Source of the DNA: Patescibacteria group bacterium
GTDB taxonomy: Bacteria; Patescibacteriota; Patescibacteriia; JAHIZJ01
NCBI GenBank assembly: GCA_028714495.1
Contig: JAQTMH010000003.1
Span: 8,496-72,495, forward strand
Direction: 5' to 3'
DNA: 64,000 bases
The notes beneath the pieces were generated by a model. That model saw only the letters and a program-made list of their open reading frames with translations, had not been told where the DNA came from and searched no databases. Below are positions 8,344-21,833 of the stretch, in pieces. The position numbers were made by a program, and so were the translations under genes. Within the stretch, counting starts at the first letter, position 1; each line of letters starts with the position of its first letter.

Positions 8344-9815
8344 GCTCTTGTTATTACGCCATGATCCGCATCCACCTCCACTCTATCCCCATCCTTCAGT
8401 ATATTAACCGCCCCCTGAACTCCGACTACGGTGGGTATTTTAAATTCGCGCGCTACAATGGCCGTGTGGCAGGTTAGCCCGCCTTCGTCAGCGACAACAG
8501 CCGCGGCGATCTTCATAATTGGCGAATATTCTGGTCTGGTATTTGGCGCGACTAATATATTGCCTGGTTTCATCTTATGGAAATCGCGCTTGTCTCTGAC
8601 AATTCTGACAGTGCCTTTAACAATCCCCGGATAGGCTGACCGGCCAGTCAGCTTGGCATTCTCTTTGATCTTATTTTTAAGATAGTTGTTCAAATTCCGG
8701 CCGGTTTCTCCGTAAAATTCAATAAAATTATCTAAATCTTTCAAATAGTAAAAAACCGGCTGACGGCGGTTTTTAATGTTTTTAATAAATTTAGGCGTTA
8801 GTCTAAAGATTTTCTCTATTTCCCAATGAAACAGGCGCTCGACTTCTTCAACAGTTAAACGGGTCCGCCGGCTGAATTCCTTGGCGAATTTTTGCAATAC
8901 ATTAGACGCCATCTGATTGTAAGCTTTTCTTTCATCGCGAAAATTTCCTAGTCTTGAAAGAAAATTTACCGTGCTATAGAAATGTTCGGTAAACTTGTAT
9001 CTTTGGTAAATCTCTCTTCTTAAATAGACCAGCTTATCCAAAAATTTAGCCGTGGCCTTTTCTTTTTTTATTTTAGCTTTGTTCTTCAGCAATACTTCCA
9101 GTTCCCTCTTAAAATACTGCGCATCCAAATATTCAGTCGTGGCGTAATCATTATGCAGCCAATAGAAATTTCGACTATGTTTGGCCAATTCGCGATTAAG
9201 GTATCTTTCATTTTTAATAATGCCTCCTCGTTTTATAACGCTCTCGGCGATTTTCAAAAGCGCTAGCCGCTCTTTTTGTAGAAATGACGGATTAGGCGGT
9301 GTCAGAATAATTTCCAAATCTCTAGGATTTATCTTCTTGTTTTCCTTTGTCAGCGCGTCGCTTAAGATATCGTCTCCGCAACAGTCGAAGCTGTCCAAGA
9401 ACACCGCTTCGTGCCATACCTTCATATACGCTTTGGTGAAAACGCGAAACTGAATAAGCAATTCTTGGTTCGAGTATCGACCAAGATCATCCCGCCTAAG
9501 TTGATTCAAAGCCCTCTTATATGGTTTGACGCATTCAACGTGCCAGTAATCAATTAATTTTTTGAGAAAGCGTTCGTTTTTATTTTGCTTGTTAAAATAA
9601 TAATCGGATATTTTTTTCAGCGACCTTTTTGAGAAATAAACTTCAAAATAGTGATTTTTAAAATAAACCAATGTTTCGTATTTAAACGACATCACTCTTC
9701 CCATTACCGACATCAGCGTGCAAGCGCGCCAAGGATATGACGCGTATAATAGCTTTGCCGCGCTGCCCTGTGTGTACCAGTCTAATTTCTTTATATTATC
9801 TATGTTTATTCGCAT
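8340..9815 (-). CDS. PEP-utilising enzyme mobile domain protein, paralog 2
   Basis: The C-terminus reads VADEGGLTCHTAIVAREFKIPTVVG. It shows a 4-bp overlap (ATGA) with paralog 1. Confidence 0.8.
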   Translation of the reverse strand: MRINIDNIKKLDWYTQGSAAKLLYASYPWRACTLMSVMGRVMSFKYETLVYFKNHYFEVYFSKRSLKKISDYYFNKQNKNERFLKKLIDYWHVECVKPYKRALNQLRRDDLGRYSNQELLIQFRVFTKAYMKVWHEAVFLDSFDCCGDDILSDALTKENKKINPRDLEIILTPPNPSFLQKERLALLKIAESVIKRGGIIKNERYLNRELAKHSRNFYWLHNDYATTEYLDAQYFKRELEVLLKNKAKIKKEKATAKFLDKLVYLRREIYQRYKFTEHFYSTVNFLSRLGNFRDERKAYNQMASNVLQKFAKEFSRRTRLTVEEVERLFHWEIEKIFRLTPKFIKNIKNRRQPVFYYLKDLDNFIEFYGETGRNLNNYLKNKIKENAKLTGRSAYPGIVKGTVRIVRDKRDFHKMKPGNILVAPNTRPEYSPIMKIAAAVVADEGGLTCHTAIVAREFKIPTVVGVQGAVNILKDGDRVEVDADHGVITRA

Positions 9816-9990
9816 ATTTTTCTAATTCCTTATCGATTTTCTCGTATAGCTCATCAAACGATCTGTTATTATCTATCGCGAAATCAGCCATGGTCATGCA
9901 TCGGCTGATATTCGGCCTTGTCGGATCAGTGGAATTCATTTCACGCCGTTCCCATTCCCACAACCATTTATTATTATACTCTAGATTCAT
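9796..9990 (-). pseudogene. remnant 3' fragment of a P-loop kinase gene (duplicate of the 3' end of the 12492..13058 gene)
   Basis: The 64-aa ORF contains MNSTDPTRPNISRCMTMADFAIDNNRSFDELYEKID, nearly identical to the C-terminus of the 188-aa kinase. It lies within a 120-bp direct repeat. Confidence 0.5.
9843..9962. repeat. about 120-bp direct repeat, copy A (about 93% identical to 12545..12664)
   Basis: Direct alignment of the two segments: CGTATAGCTCATCAAACGATCTGTTATTATCTATCGCGAAATCAGCCATGGTCATGCATCGGCTGATATTCGG ... Confidence 0.8.
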
Positions 9991-11072
9991 ATCTTCCTCA
10001 CAATCCCCTTATTTGCGTCCACCCCTACCCGGTCGCCATTCTTCAGCACCGTGGTCGCAATTTTTGTCCCGACAATCGTTGGAATTTTGAATTCTCTGGC
10101 GACAATCGCCGCGTGGCATGTTAACCCGCCCTCGTCGGTGATGATCGCTTTGGCATTGCGCAGATACTGGGAAAACCGAACCGTCGTCATCGGCGTTACG
10201 ATCACGTATCGCCCGCGAAGTTTTTTCAGATCTCGAAGTGTTCTGACCACCCGGGCAATGCCAATGACAGGCTTCAGCGCTGCGTACGCGGTTTGGCCAT
10301 GGAGAGCTACAGCATTGTTGCTTTCCCTGCCCGGTACTTCACGCTTGACTTGTTTCTGTATTTGTTTCGCGCGCTGGCCAATAAACAATTGTATTTTCCC
10401 GCCAACGGCTTGCAATGCATACAGACGGTAGCGCTTTTCAAGCTCTGACGCTGAAACCACCGGCCTGTTCCGGCGCAACGACTCAACCAATTCCTGGCAA
10501 TTCATAAACATGACTCGCTTTTTTTCTATCCCCAGCATGACACTCAGTGACGCTGCAAACGCCGGGATGACGACATCGTCAACCCAGGTTAATATCTTGC
10601 CACAATAATCTTTGGTGTAGCCGCAATCAGCGATTGTTGCGCGCGTAAAGGTATGGCGATGCGTATCGACGAGCGTGGGAAACCGGTAGACCGAATACAT
10701 TTCTCGGTAGGAGCGATAAAAATCCCCCAGCAACACGGCCAATGCTTTTGTCTCAAGATGTCTGCCTAACGCCCTGTTTATCCGGCCGATCTGAATGACA
10801 TTCCGCGCAAAAATCTTACGTATTTTGCCATTGATTCGACGGACAGCCGTGTCGTCTGATCGATCGAGAAAAGTTTGGAACGAACGTGAATCGCGTTCCG
10901 AAAAATAACTTTTTTCAATATCCTTTTCAGAAATAAAAAGCTGGTCGCGATAGCCCCAGCCGAGCGCTTTCTTCATATCGCGGACATACCCCTCAAGACC
11001 GAGACTCAGAATGAAATACGGAAAACCTTCCCGGGTAAAGACGGGGGTCCATTGTATGTTTTTATTTCCCAT
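9987..11072 (-). CDS. PEP-utilising enzyme mobile domain protein, paralog 3 (shorter N-terminus)
   Basis: The C-terminus reads ITDEGGLTCHAAIVAREFKIPTIVG. The protein is 361 aa. Confidence 0.75.
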   Translation of the reverse strand: MGNKNIQWTPVFTREGFPYFILSLGLEGYVRDMKKALGWGYRDQLFISEKDIEKSYFSERDSRSFQTFLDRSDDTAVRRINGKIRKIFARNVIQIGRINRALGRHLETKALAVLLGDFYRSYREMYSVYRFPTLVDTHRHTFTRATIADCGYTKDYCGKILTWVDDVVIPAFAASLSVMLGIEKKRVMFMNCQELVESLRRNRPVVSASELEKRYRLYALQAVGGKIQLFIGQRAKQIQKQVKREVPGRESNNAVALHGQTAYAALKPVIGIARVVRTLRDLKKLRGRYVIVTPMTTVRFSQYLRNAKAIITDEGGLTCHAAIVAREFKIPTIVGTKIATTVLKNGDRVGVDANKGIVRKI

Positions 11073-12486
11073 GCGTCCCGATCCAATTAAATTCCTCGCC
11101 CATCATGTCCATCGGACGTAAGCCGAGGTTTTTTCGTTCAGCGGCCGGAACATAGCTTTCATAGATTTCGAGAAGGGCGGGCTGAAGCAAATCCTTGTAT
11201 TTCATTGCTAATAGATGTTCAAGATAATCACGCGTCAGGCCGCCATCATAGATCACGTCAAAGGCGTATTGATTTATAATCGCGTTTTGCGCGTCACGGG
11301 CATAGGTCGCAATCGTGCCGCCAATCAATCCTTTTGTATCAATCGATTGTATTCTGGCGCATTCATCGGGCGCGTCAGTTAATACGGACAGCCAGGTTTC
11401 TTTCATCCGAGTAATATAATTGCAGGAACCGTGTCCAACCAGCGGCCGCACGCCCAGCCAAAACGTCAGATAGCCGAAAATGACAAATAAATTCGGGATA
11501 ATCGCGCCATCCGCAAGGCTTTTTATTACCTCAGCCGAATTGCCTAAATCAAGCTCAAACCGACCGTCAGTTGAACACAGGATCGTACCCCGCAGAAACA
11601 TGGGCTTGGCCTCGTTTTTCGCATCGCGATACCAGAAGAAGTGAGTACCCTTACCCTTCGCTTCGTTCCAACAACCGGTCAGGTCTTCAAAGGCGGCCAA
11701 AATACGAGCGCGAAAATCAGTATTGAAAAGACTGCGGCTCAGGATATTGTCCTCGGCCAATATCGACGGCAGAATCGTCCGCATAATATCTTCCTGGGTA
11801 ACATACAGTAAGTCGGGTATCGTCTCCCGGATCGACTTGTGAAATAGTTTTTTCCACAAAAACGCGTTGATGATTGCTATTTGGTCGTTGTAGCTTTTGG
11901 TCTGGGAAAAATCCAGTCCGCCTATCTCCTGTTCTATGGCTTTCAAAAAATCCTGTTCCTCGCCGGTAAAATCTTTCCAGCTGTCGGTCTTTCGCAAATT
12001 CTCGGTGAAATTAAAATCGCGCCGGCCGATAAAACAGCTGGCTTGATGCATTTCCTTATTCGAAAAAAGTGGCACGCGCTTGCCGTGGAGCTGAAACCCC
12101 TTACGATTGAAAAAATTGTTCGGTGGAACTACTGAACTTGTTAGTACGACGATCGGCTGTCGGTCGCCCGTGAGCAGGCGGTGGGCATTGGCGACAAGGT
12201 TCGTAGCGAGCAGTATTGGGTGGTTGAGGATGGAATGATGGTCGACAATATTGAGGCTCAGCGGCGGAGTAACGCATTCCTGGCGCTGAAAAACGCGCGC
12301 CAGATACTCAGCAATCGTTCGAGCCAAAAACCCTTGGCGTTGCGTATGGACCGAGTCGGCCGTATAGGTGAAGAGCGTATGTGAAAACTCAGTAATTGTA
12401 TCGTTGCAGTCAAAATATTCCGCCACCACCGGGGCGTATTTCCGTATACCGTTTTTCAGTATTTCGATGTTTTTTGAGTCAGGCAT
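11062..12486 (-). CDS. hypothetical protein (474 aa), co-operonic with the swivel-domain paralogs
   Basis: Long ORF overlapping paralog 3 by 11 bp. No family was recognised by eye. Confidence 0.6.
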   Translation of the reverse strand: MPDSKNIEILKNGIRKYAPVVAEYFDCNDTITEFSHTLFTYTADSVHTQRQGFLARTIAEYLARVFQRQECVTPPLSLNIVDHHSILNHPILLATNLVANAHRLLTGDRQPIVVLTSSVVPPNNFFNRKGFQLHGKRVPLFSNKEMHQASCFIGRRDFNFTENLRKTDSWKDFTGEEQDFLKAIEQEIGGLDFSQTKSYNDQIAIINAFLWKKLFHKSIRETIPDLLYVTQEDIMRTILPSILAEDNILSRSLFNTDFRARILAAFEDLTGCWNEAKGKGTHFFWYRDAKNEAKPMFLRGTILCSTDGRFELDLGNSAEVIKSLADGAIIPNLFVIFGYLTFWLGVRPLVGHGSCNYITRMKETWLSVLTDAPDECARIQSIDTKGLIGGTIATYARDAQNAIINQYAFDVIYDGGLTRDYLEHLLAMKYKDLLQPALLEIYESYVPAAERKNLGLRPMDMMGEEFNWIGTHGK

Positions 12487-12491
12487 AGTGG

Positions 12492-13058
12492 CTACTTCAC
12501 AAGATCGCCCAAGCCGATATCTTTTAATACGTCGTCGATCTTTGCATATAGCTCATCAAACGATCCGTTATTATCTATCACAAAATCAGCCATGGTCATG
12601 CATCGGCTGATATTCGGCTTTGTCGGATCAGTGGAATTCATTTCACGCTGTTCGTTTTCCACAAACTCCTCAAAATTTACGGCATCGGTTTCACTGTTAC
12701 GTTTTTTTATCCTCTCAAATCGAATTTTCAATTCCGCGTCAACAGCCAAAAGGTAAAATCTGTCTTTGTTTTTTAGGGCCTCAACTTCTCCGGGAGCGCG
12801 CAGGCTTTCAATAACGCAATTACCGCCGGCTTTTTCGGCTTCTTTATACAGCTCTTCGGCGATATAGCTTGGCGAATATTTTTTCCTCAGGTCATTCGCC
12901 ACCATCACCATGCTGTCGCGATTTTCCGGCAGACCCAGCTTTCTTATTTGCTTAAGCAAAAATTCCCTGACTGAGTAATGTTTATACCCTTTCTTTTTCA
13001 GGTATTCAACCACCGTGCCCTTGCCCGCTCCCAGTGTGCCGGTGATTCCGATGATCAT
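12492..13058 (-). CDS. P-loop nucleotide/nucleoside monophosphate kinase (dephospho-CoA kinase or dNMP kinase-like)
   Basis: N-terminal IIGITGTLGAGKGTV P-loop in a 188-aa protein. Its start overlaps the dCMP deaminase stop. Confidence 0.55.
   Translation of the reverse strand: MIIGITGTLGAGKGTVVEYLKKKGYKHYSVREFLLKQIRKLGLPENRDSMVMVANDLRKKYSPSYIAEELYKEAEKAGGNCVIESLRAPGEVEALKNKDRFYLLAVDAELKIRFERIKKRNSETDAVNFEEFVENEQREMNSTDPTKPNISRCMTMADFVIDNNGSFDELYAKIDDVLKDIGLGDLVK
12545..12664. repeat. about 120-bp direct repeat, copy B (3' end of the kinase gene)
   Basis: See copy A at 9843..9962. Confidence 0.8.
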
Positions 13059-13591
13059 TTTACATCCTTCATTACTACGTCGCCTTCGGGAGCTATCGTT
13101 TCCTCAACTTCATCCTCAAAAATTTCCCTGACCAAGGCGTTCCATTCGGAATTATCTTTGTACAGATCCACCCGCAGACCGGCGGCTCTCAAATAATCTG
13201 CTGATTTCGTGTTGCGATAAACTTTCGCGTAAACTACCCTTTTTATACCGGCAGCCACAACGTATTTGCAGCAATGGATGCAGGGCAGAAACTTCACATA
13301 CAATGTTGATCCTTCGGTGCTGGCTCCTGGTATGACCGCGGCCTGCAGAATGGTATTGTGCTCGGCGTGAATGGTCCTGACACAGTGACCTTCTTCCATT
13401 AAATGTCCCACCTCATCGCAATGCGGCAATCCTGGAGGAGAACCATTGTAACCGGTCGAGATAATCCTATTGTTTTTCACTAATACGGCGCCGCCTCTCA
13501 ATCGATCGCAAGTCCCTCTGGTGGCCACAATCCTGGCTAGAGCCATAAAATAGTCATCCCAAGTCGGGCGATAATACTTTGACTTTGCCAT
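13055..13591 (-). CDS. dCMP deaminase (ComEB-like)
   Basis: Zinc-binding motifs HAEHNTI and PCIHCCK of the cytidine/deoxycytidylate deaminase family. Confidence 0.9.
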   Translation of the reverse strand: MAKSKYYRPTWDDYFMALARIVATRGTCDRLRGGAVLVKNNRIISTGYNGSPPGLPHCDEVGHLMEEGHCVRTIHAEHNTILQAAVIPGASTEGSTLYVKFLPCIHCCKYVVAAGIKRVVYAKVYRNTKSADYLRAAGLRVDLYKDNSEWNALVREIFEDEVEETIAPEGDVVMKDVK

Positions 13592-13600
13592 AATATTAAT

Positions 13601-14281
13601 TTAAATGATAATTCTAATTCCCGGACCCATGGTGGAAGTCAGGGTAACATTGCGGACGTAAATTCCTTTCGAACCGTCAGGCTTGACCCGGCGAATCGCG
13701 TCAATGAAAGCCTTGGCGTTATCAGCCAGCATTTTCGCCTCGAATGAAGCCTTGCCGATAATTTGATGGACATTGCCGGTTTCATCGGAACGAAACGCCA
13801 CTTTACCGCTCTGCAAATCTTTGATCGTTTTCGCGACATCATTCGTCACGGTTTCATTTTTGGGGTTTGGCATTAAGCCTTTGGTTCCCAAGATCTTGGC
13901 AATCGGACCGAGCTTGCGCATCATTTCGGGTGTGGCCAGAGCCAAATCGAATTTCGTCTTCTCAGTGGTTTTTATCTCTTTGATCAGCTCTTCACCGCCG
14001 ACAATCGAAGCCCCGGCGTCTTTTGCCTTTGCCTGGTCGCTGTCATTAGCAAAAACTGCGATTACCAGCTTCCGGCCCGTGGGATGAGGCAATTGGGCCG
14101 TGGCGCGCACTTGCTGATCGGCTTTTTTTACGTCGATACCCAGACGGATATGCATCTCAATAGACTCGTCAAATTTTGCCGTGGAGCATTTCTTGACGAG
14201 TTCGATAGCTTCAGCCAGCGGATAGACCTTGTTTTTCTCAACACCATCCTTAACTGACCGATAGCGCTTACTCTTTTTCAT
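13601..14281 (-). CDS. rplA: 50S ribosomal protein L1
   Basis: Full-length similarity to the L1 family (226 aa) in the conserved rplK-rplA arrangement. Confidence 0.95.
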   Translation of the reverse strand: MKKSKRYRSVKDGVEKNKVYPLAEAIELVKKCSTAKFDESIEMHIRLGIDVKKADQQVRATAQLPHPTGRKLVIAVFANDSDQAKAKDAGASIVGGEELIKEIKTTEKTKFDLALATPEMMRKLGPIAKILGTKGLMPNPKNETVTNDVAKTIKDLQSGKVAFRSDETGNVHQIIGKASFEAKMLADNAKAFIDAIRRVKPDGSKGIYVRNVTLTSTMGPGIRIII

Positions 14282-14355
14282 TGTTTATCCCCTTCGTGGT
14301 TCAAGCGACTTCTCGACTTTGCCCGAAGTCTCCCACCTAGGTAAATTATTATTTA

Positions 14356-14778
14356 TCATTCAATGGTTATGCCCATGTTCCGAGCCGTACCTTCGATTAT
14401 CTTCATGGCTCCAGCGATGTCTTTGGCGTTCAAATCCGACATCTTCTTCTCGGCAATCTCTTTTATCTGCTGGCGCGTCACCTTGCCCACTTTGGTCCGA
14501 AGCGAATCGCCTGACCCCTTTTCTATGCCCGCCGCCTTTTTCAATAAGACCGCGGCCGGAGACGTCTTGCAGATAAACGCAAACGTCCGGTCCAGATAAA
14601 CCGTAATTTCAACCGGCACAATGTCATTGCCCAGACTACTGGTTTGAGCATTGAAGCGCGTGCAAAAATCCTGGATATTTAAGCCGTGCTGGCCCAGAGC
14701 CGGGCCGATTGGCGGCGCCGGAGTCGCTTTGCCGGCCGGAATTTGAAGCTTAACTACTGTTTTTACTTTTTTCGCCAT
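14356..14778 (-). CDS. rplK: 50S ribosomal protein L11
   Basis: MAKKV ... [19 protein letters not shown] is the typical L11 N-terminus. Confidence 0.95.
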   Translation of the reverse strand: MAKKVKTVVKLQIPAGKATPAPPIGPALGQHGLNIQDFCTRFNAQTSSLGNDIVPVEITVYLDRTFAFICKTSPAAVLLKKAAGIEKGSGDSLRTKVGKVTRQQIKEIAEKKMSDLNAKDIAGAMKIIEGTARNMGITIE

Positions 14779-14784
14779 ATGGTA

Positions 14785-15330
14785 TTAAATCTTTTTAATT
14801 TGGAGAAAGTCGAGTTCGATCGGCGTTTCGCGTCCGAACATTGAAACGAATATTTTAACCTTGCCGCGAGCTTCGTCAATTTCACTGACCTTGCCTTCAA
14901 AATCTTTGAACGGCCCGTCGATAATCCTGACCGGTGAATTCACGCTGACATCAATTTTATACTTTGGCTCTTCCACGCCCATGCGCTTCTGGAGCGATTT
15001 CACCTCGTTATCAGAAATCGGAGTGGGCGTAGTGCCGGAACCCACGAAGCCGGTGACATTGGGAGTATTTCGAACCACGTACCAAGAATCGTCAGTCACC
15101 ACCATCTCAATCAAGACATAGCCGGGAAAAATCTTTTCCGTGACGATTTTCCTCTTGCCGTTCCTGATTTTGATTTTTTTCTCGGTTGGGATTAAGACAT
15201 TAAAAATCTTATCCTCCATATCCATGGATTCGATTCTTTGCCTGAGATTGCGGGAGACGTTTTCCTCATAGCCCGAATAGGTGTGGAGGACATACCAGCG
15301 ACGACCTTGGGCGGCTGTTTGTTTCGGCAT
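14785..15330 (-). CDS. nusG: transcription termination/antitermination factor NusG
   Basis: NGN domain (WYVLHTYSGYE) plus a KOW domain. Conserved position between secE and rplK. Confidence 0.95.
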   Translation of the reverse strand: MPKQTAAQGRRWYVLHTYSGYEENVSRNLRQRIESMDMEDKIFNVLIPTEKKIKIRNGKRKIVTEKIFPGYVLIEMVVTDDSWYVVRNTPNVTGFVGSGTTPTPISDNEVKSLQKRMGVEEPKYKIDVSVNSPVRIIDGPFKDFEGKVSEIDEARGKVKIFVSMFGRETPIELDFLQIKKI

Positions 15331-15339
15331 AGCTTATTC

Positions 15340-15543
15340 TTAAATTGTTCTTGACAAAAGTTTTTCCAAACCGATATTGAAAATAAAATCCAGGACACCC
15401 AAAAATATGGCCACCCCCAGGCTGATACCGATTACCAGGAGCGTGTTTCGCACCGTTTCCTGGCGGGTAGGCCAAACCACCCTTTTCATTTCCCGTCGAG
15501 AATCTTTGAGATAGCGAACAATTTTATTATTGGCAATATCCAT
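15340..15543 (-). CDS. secE: preprotein translocase subunit SecE
   Basis: 67-aa single-TM protein immediately upstream of nusG. Confidence 0.85.
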   Translation of the reverse strand: MDIANNKIVRYLKDSRREMKRVVWPTRQETVRNTLLVIGISLGVAIFLGVLDFIFNIGLEKLLSRTI

Positions 15544-15658
15544 CGTGGTTTTTAAAATCCGCTTTCGGCGGACTTAGTTTCTAAGGCCATTATACAATAG
15601 GCTTTTCGCGGTCGTCAAGTTCAATTTACCCACAGGCCCACTACCGGCCAAAAAACGC

Positions 15659-16201
15659 CTACCAGCGCGATTCTTTCATTTTCAGAAAGAAACCGATATA
15701 GGAAACCGCGATATGGAAAAAAAATCCCAGGGCTAGCGTTACCAGCCAAATCCGCCAACTTAACGTAAAATAAAGGGCCGAGAACGCCAGACCGCCCAAG
15801 ACATAGTCAATCTGATCAAACGGCACCCAGGGCTGGCCGGGCAATACGCCGATCCGCCTTTTAACAAAGGCTCTGATTAAGTCTCCAAACAACGCTCCAA
15901 AACCAACCACAAATCCGTAATGCGACGGAATCGATGGATAATCAATCAGACTGAGATATTTAAACGACGGGATCTGGTAGATGGCCTGCTGGATTACAAA
16001 AGTGGCCCCTCCGGTCAGCGTGCCCAAAATAATTCCCCGCCAGGTTTTATGATCTCCAAACAGGGGCTGGCCACGAAACCTATGATTGTTATCGATTGGC
16101 CGAGCCAGCACGCTCAGCCTTCCTTTAAAAATTACCGGACTCATGTTCGCCACGCCAAACGGCAAAAGTAGCCAGCAGCATTGAAGAATAAATTGGACCA
16201 T
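15659..16201 (-). CDS. CDP-archaeol synthase-like (CarS/DUF46-type) membrane protein
   Basis: 180-aa polytopic membrane protein with a GDHKTWRG segment. It is adjacent to a CDP-alcohol phosphatidyltransferase. Confidence 0.4.
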   Translation of the reverse strand: MVQFILQCCWLLLPFGVANMSPVIFKGRLSVLARPIDNNHRFRGQPLFGDHKTWRGIILGTLTGGATFVIQQAIYQIPSFKYLSLIDYPSIPSHYGFVVGFGALFGDLIRAFVKRRIGVLPGQPWVPFDQIDYVLGGLAFSALYFTLSWRIWLVTLALGFFFHIAVSYIGFFLKMKESRW

Positions 16202-16203
16202 GG

Positions 16204-16653
16204 TTAGTTAAAATTTATTATCAAAAAATAAACTAGAAATACTAATCGGATAGGCAGAATAAAAGCAAACCTGCGCCAGTAGCTAACAATGGACAACAAA
16301 CAATTTAATATAAAAAAGCCAAACCAGGGAACGGGATAGTAAAGGAAAATAATTCCTTCAGACAAGCGATCTGCCACGATGTCAATGATCCAGCCTTTCC
16401 GGCTTGCCAGGCCATATTTTTTCGCGATTATTCCGTCAAACCAGTCACCCAGTAAATTAATTACCAAAAAAACTACGGCCAGCCAGATGATGTTTTGTTT
16501 GTAAAAAACCGCGAAGCCAAAAGCCGCCCCTACCGCCAAAGCGCTGATGAACGATGGATTGATCCTCGGCCAGGACAGATTTATCAGCCAACCATCAGTC
16601 AGCTTCCGCATGTTTATAACCCACTTCATTTTTGAGGGCGAATCTTTTTGCAC
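16204..16653 (-). CDS. CDP-alcohol phosphatidyltransferase family protein
   Basis: Family motif D-x2-DG-x2-AR ... G-x3-D-x3-D (GDWFDGIIAKKYGLASRKGWIIDIVADRL). Confidence 0.7.
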   Translation of the reverse strand: MQKDSPSKMKWVINMRKLTDGWLINLSWPRINPSFISALAVGAAFGFAVFYKQNIIWLAVVFLVINLLGDWFDGIIAKKYGLASRKGWIIDIVADRLSEGIIFLYYPVPWFGFFILNCLLSIVSYWRRFAFILPIRLVFLVYFLIINFN

Positions 16654-16721
16654 TTGCCACGTTTTATTAGGGTTGCTAAGATTAGATACTTTAACGTCCG
16701 GCTGGAAAGGAGGGATCGCCC

Positions 16722-17300
16722 ATGCTGTGGCTGAAGATTATCTCAGCTCTTTGGTGGGTGATCCAGAGATATATCTTTGGCCACCCCAAGCTCTTTGAAA
16801 AGCATATTGCCAGGGAACAATCAAAACTCGCTGGTCTGCCACCTACTGTCTGGGTTGGTGGGATCTGGATTTCGCTTTTGAAAACCTATCGATATGTCAT
16901 CGCGCCACCGAGGACCCAGTTGCCCACGCCAGTCATGATTGTTCAAAAGGAAGGCGTTCTTCAAGCCCGTTACTTCATCCGGGCTCCAGGCGTAGGGACC
17001 TTTTGGCATCTCAGGGAACAGGCAATTCGACCTAGGCCATATGAAGGCGTCGTTTACCGGTTTGGCAATGTCATCGGCGTGATGGTGGCCCTAAACCTTG
17101 AATGGCAGATCAAGCTGGATGTTGTTTGGCGCCTGACCGGCAGCGAGGACAATCCACGCTACCTAAAAGTGGAAGGTTTCTCAGCCGTCAGAATAATATC
17201 CGTACTGACGCCAAACGAGGGAATCATCGAATGGGGTCAGTCACTTTTTGAAGTCGCGCTGGTCGATAAAACAAGCCCTCCGGCACCATCCGCTCCTTAG
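16722..17300 (+). CDS. hypothetical protein (GC-rich, the only plus-strand gene in this stretch)
   Basis: AAAGGAGGG lies 7 nt before the ATG. About 55% GC. Confidence 0.5.
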   Translation: MLWLKIISALWWVIQRYIFGHPKLFEKHIAREQSKLAGLPPTVWVGGIWISLLKTYRYVIAPPRTQLPTPVMIVQKEGVLQARYFIRAPGVGTFWHLREQAIRPRPYEGVVYRFGNVIGVMVALNLEWQIKLDVVWRLTGSEDNPRYLKVEGFSAVRIISVLTPNEGIIEWGQSLFEVALVDKTSPPAPSAP

Positions 17301-17335
17301 CACCGCTTTCTTGTCCAATCAAGGAGGCGGCTTTT

Positions 17336-17338
<3 letters not shown>
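17289..17338 (+). terminator. intrinsic terminator (possibly bidirectional)
   Basis: CCGCTCCTT ... AAGGAGGCGG stem with one bulge, followed by CTTTTTTAT. Confidence 0.45.
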
Positions 17339-21828
<4,490 letters not shown>

Positions 21829-21833
21829 GAATG

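Noticed and set aside
9796-9990. 64-aa ORF as an independent gene
   Set aside because: It duplicates the last 40 or so codons of the kinase gene inside a 120-bp direct repeat, so it is a recombination remnant rather than a functional gene.
6838-11072. Calling the three swivel-domain proteins PEP synthase or pyruvate phosphate dikinase
   Set aside because: They are 361-501 aa. They lack both the N-terminal ATP-grasp and the C-terminal PEP/pyruvate TIM-barrel domains and retain only the phosphohistidine mobile domain.
15544-15658. Possible tRNA(Trp) upstream of secE, a common arrangement
   Set aside because: No T-loop (GTTCGAATC-like) and no cloverleaf could be built on either strand. Only a small CCGC-TTTCG-GCGG hairpin is present.
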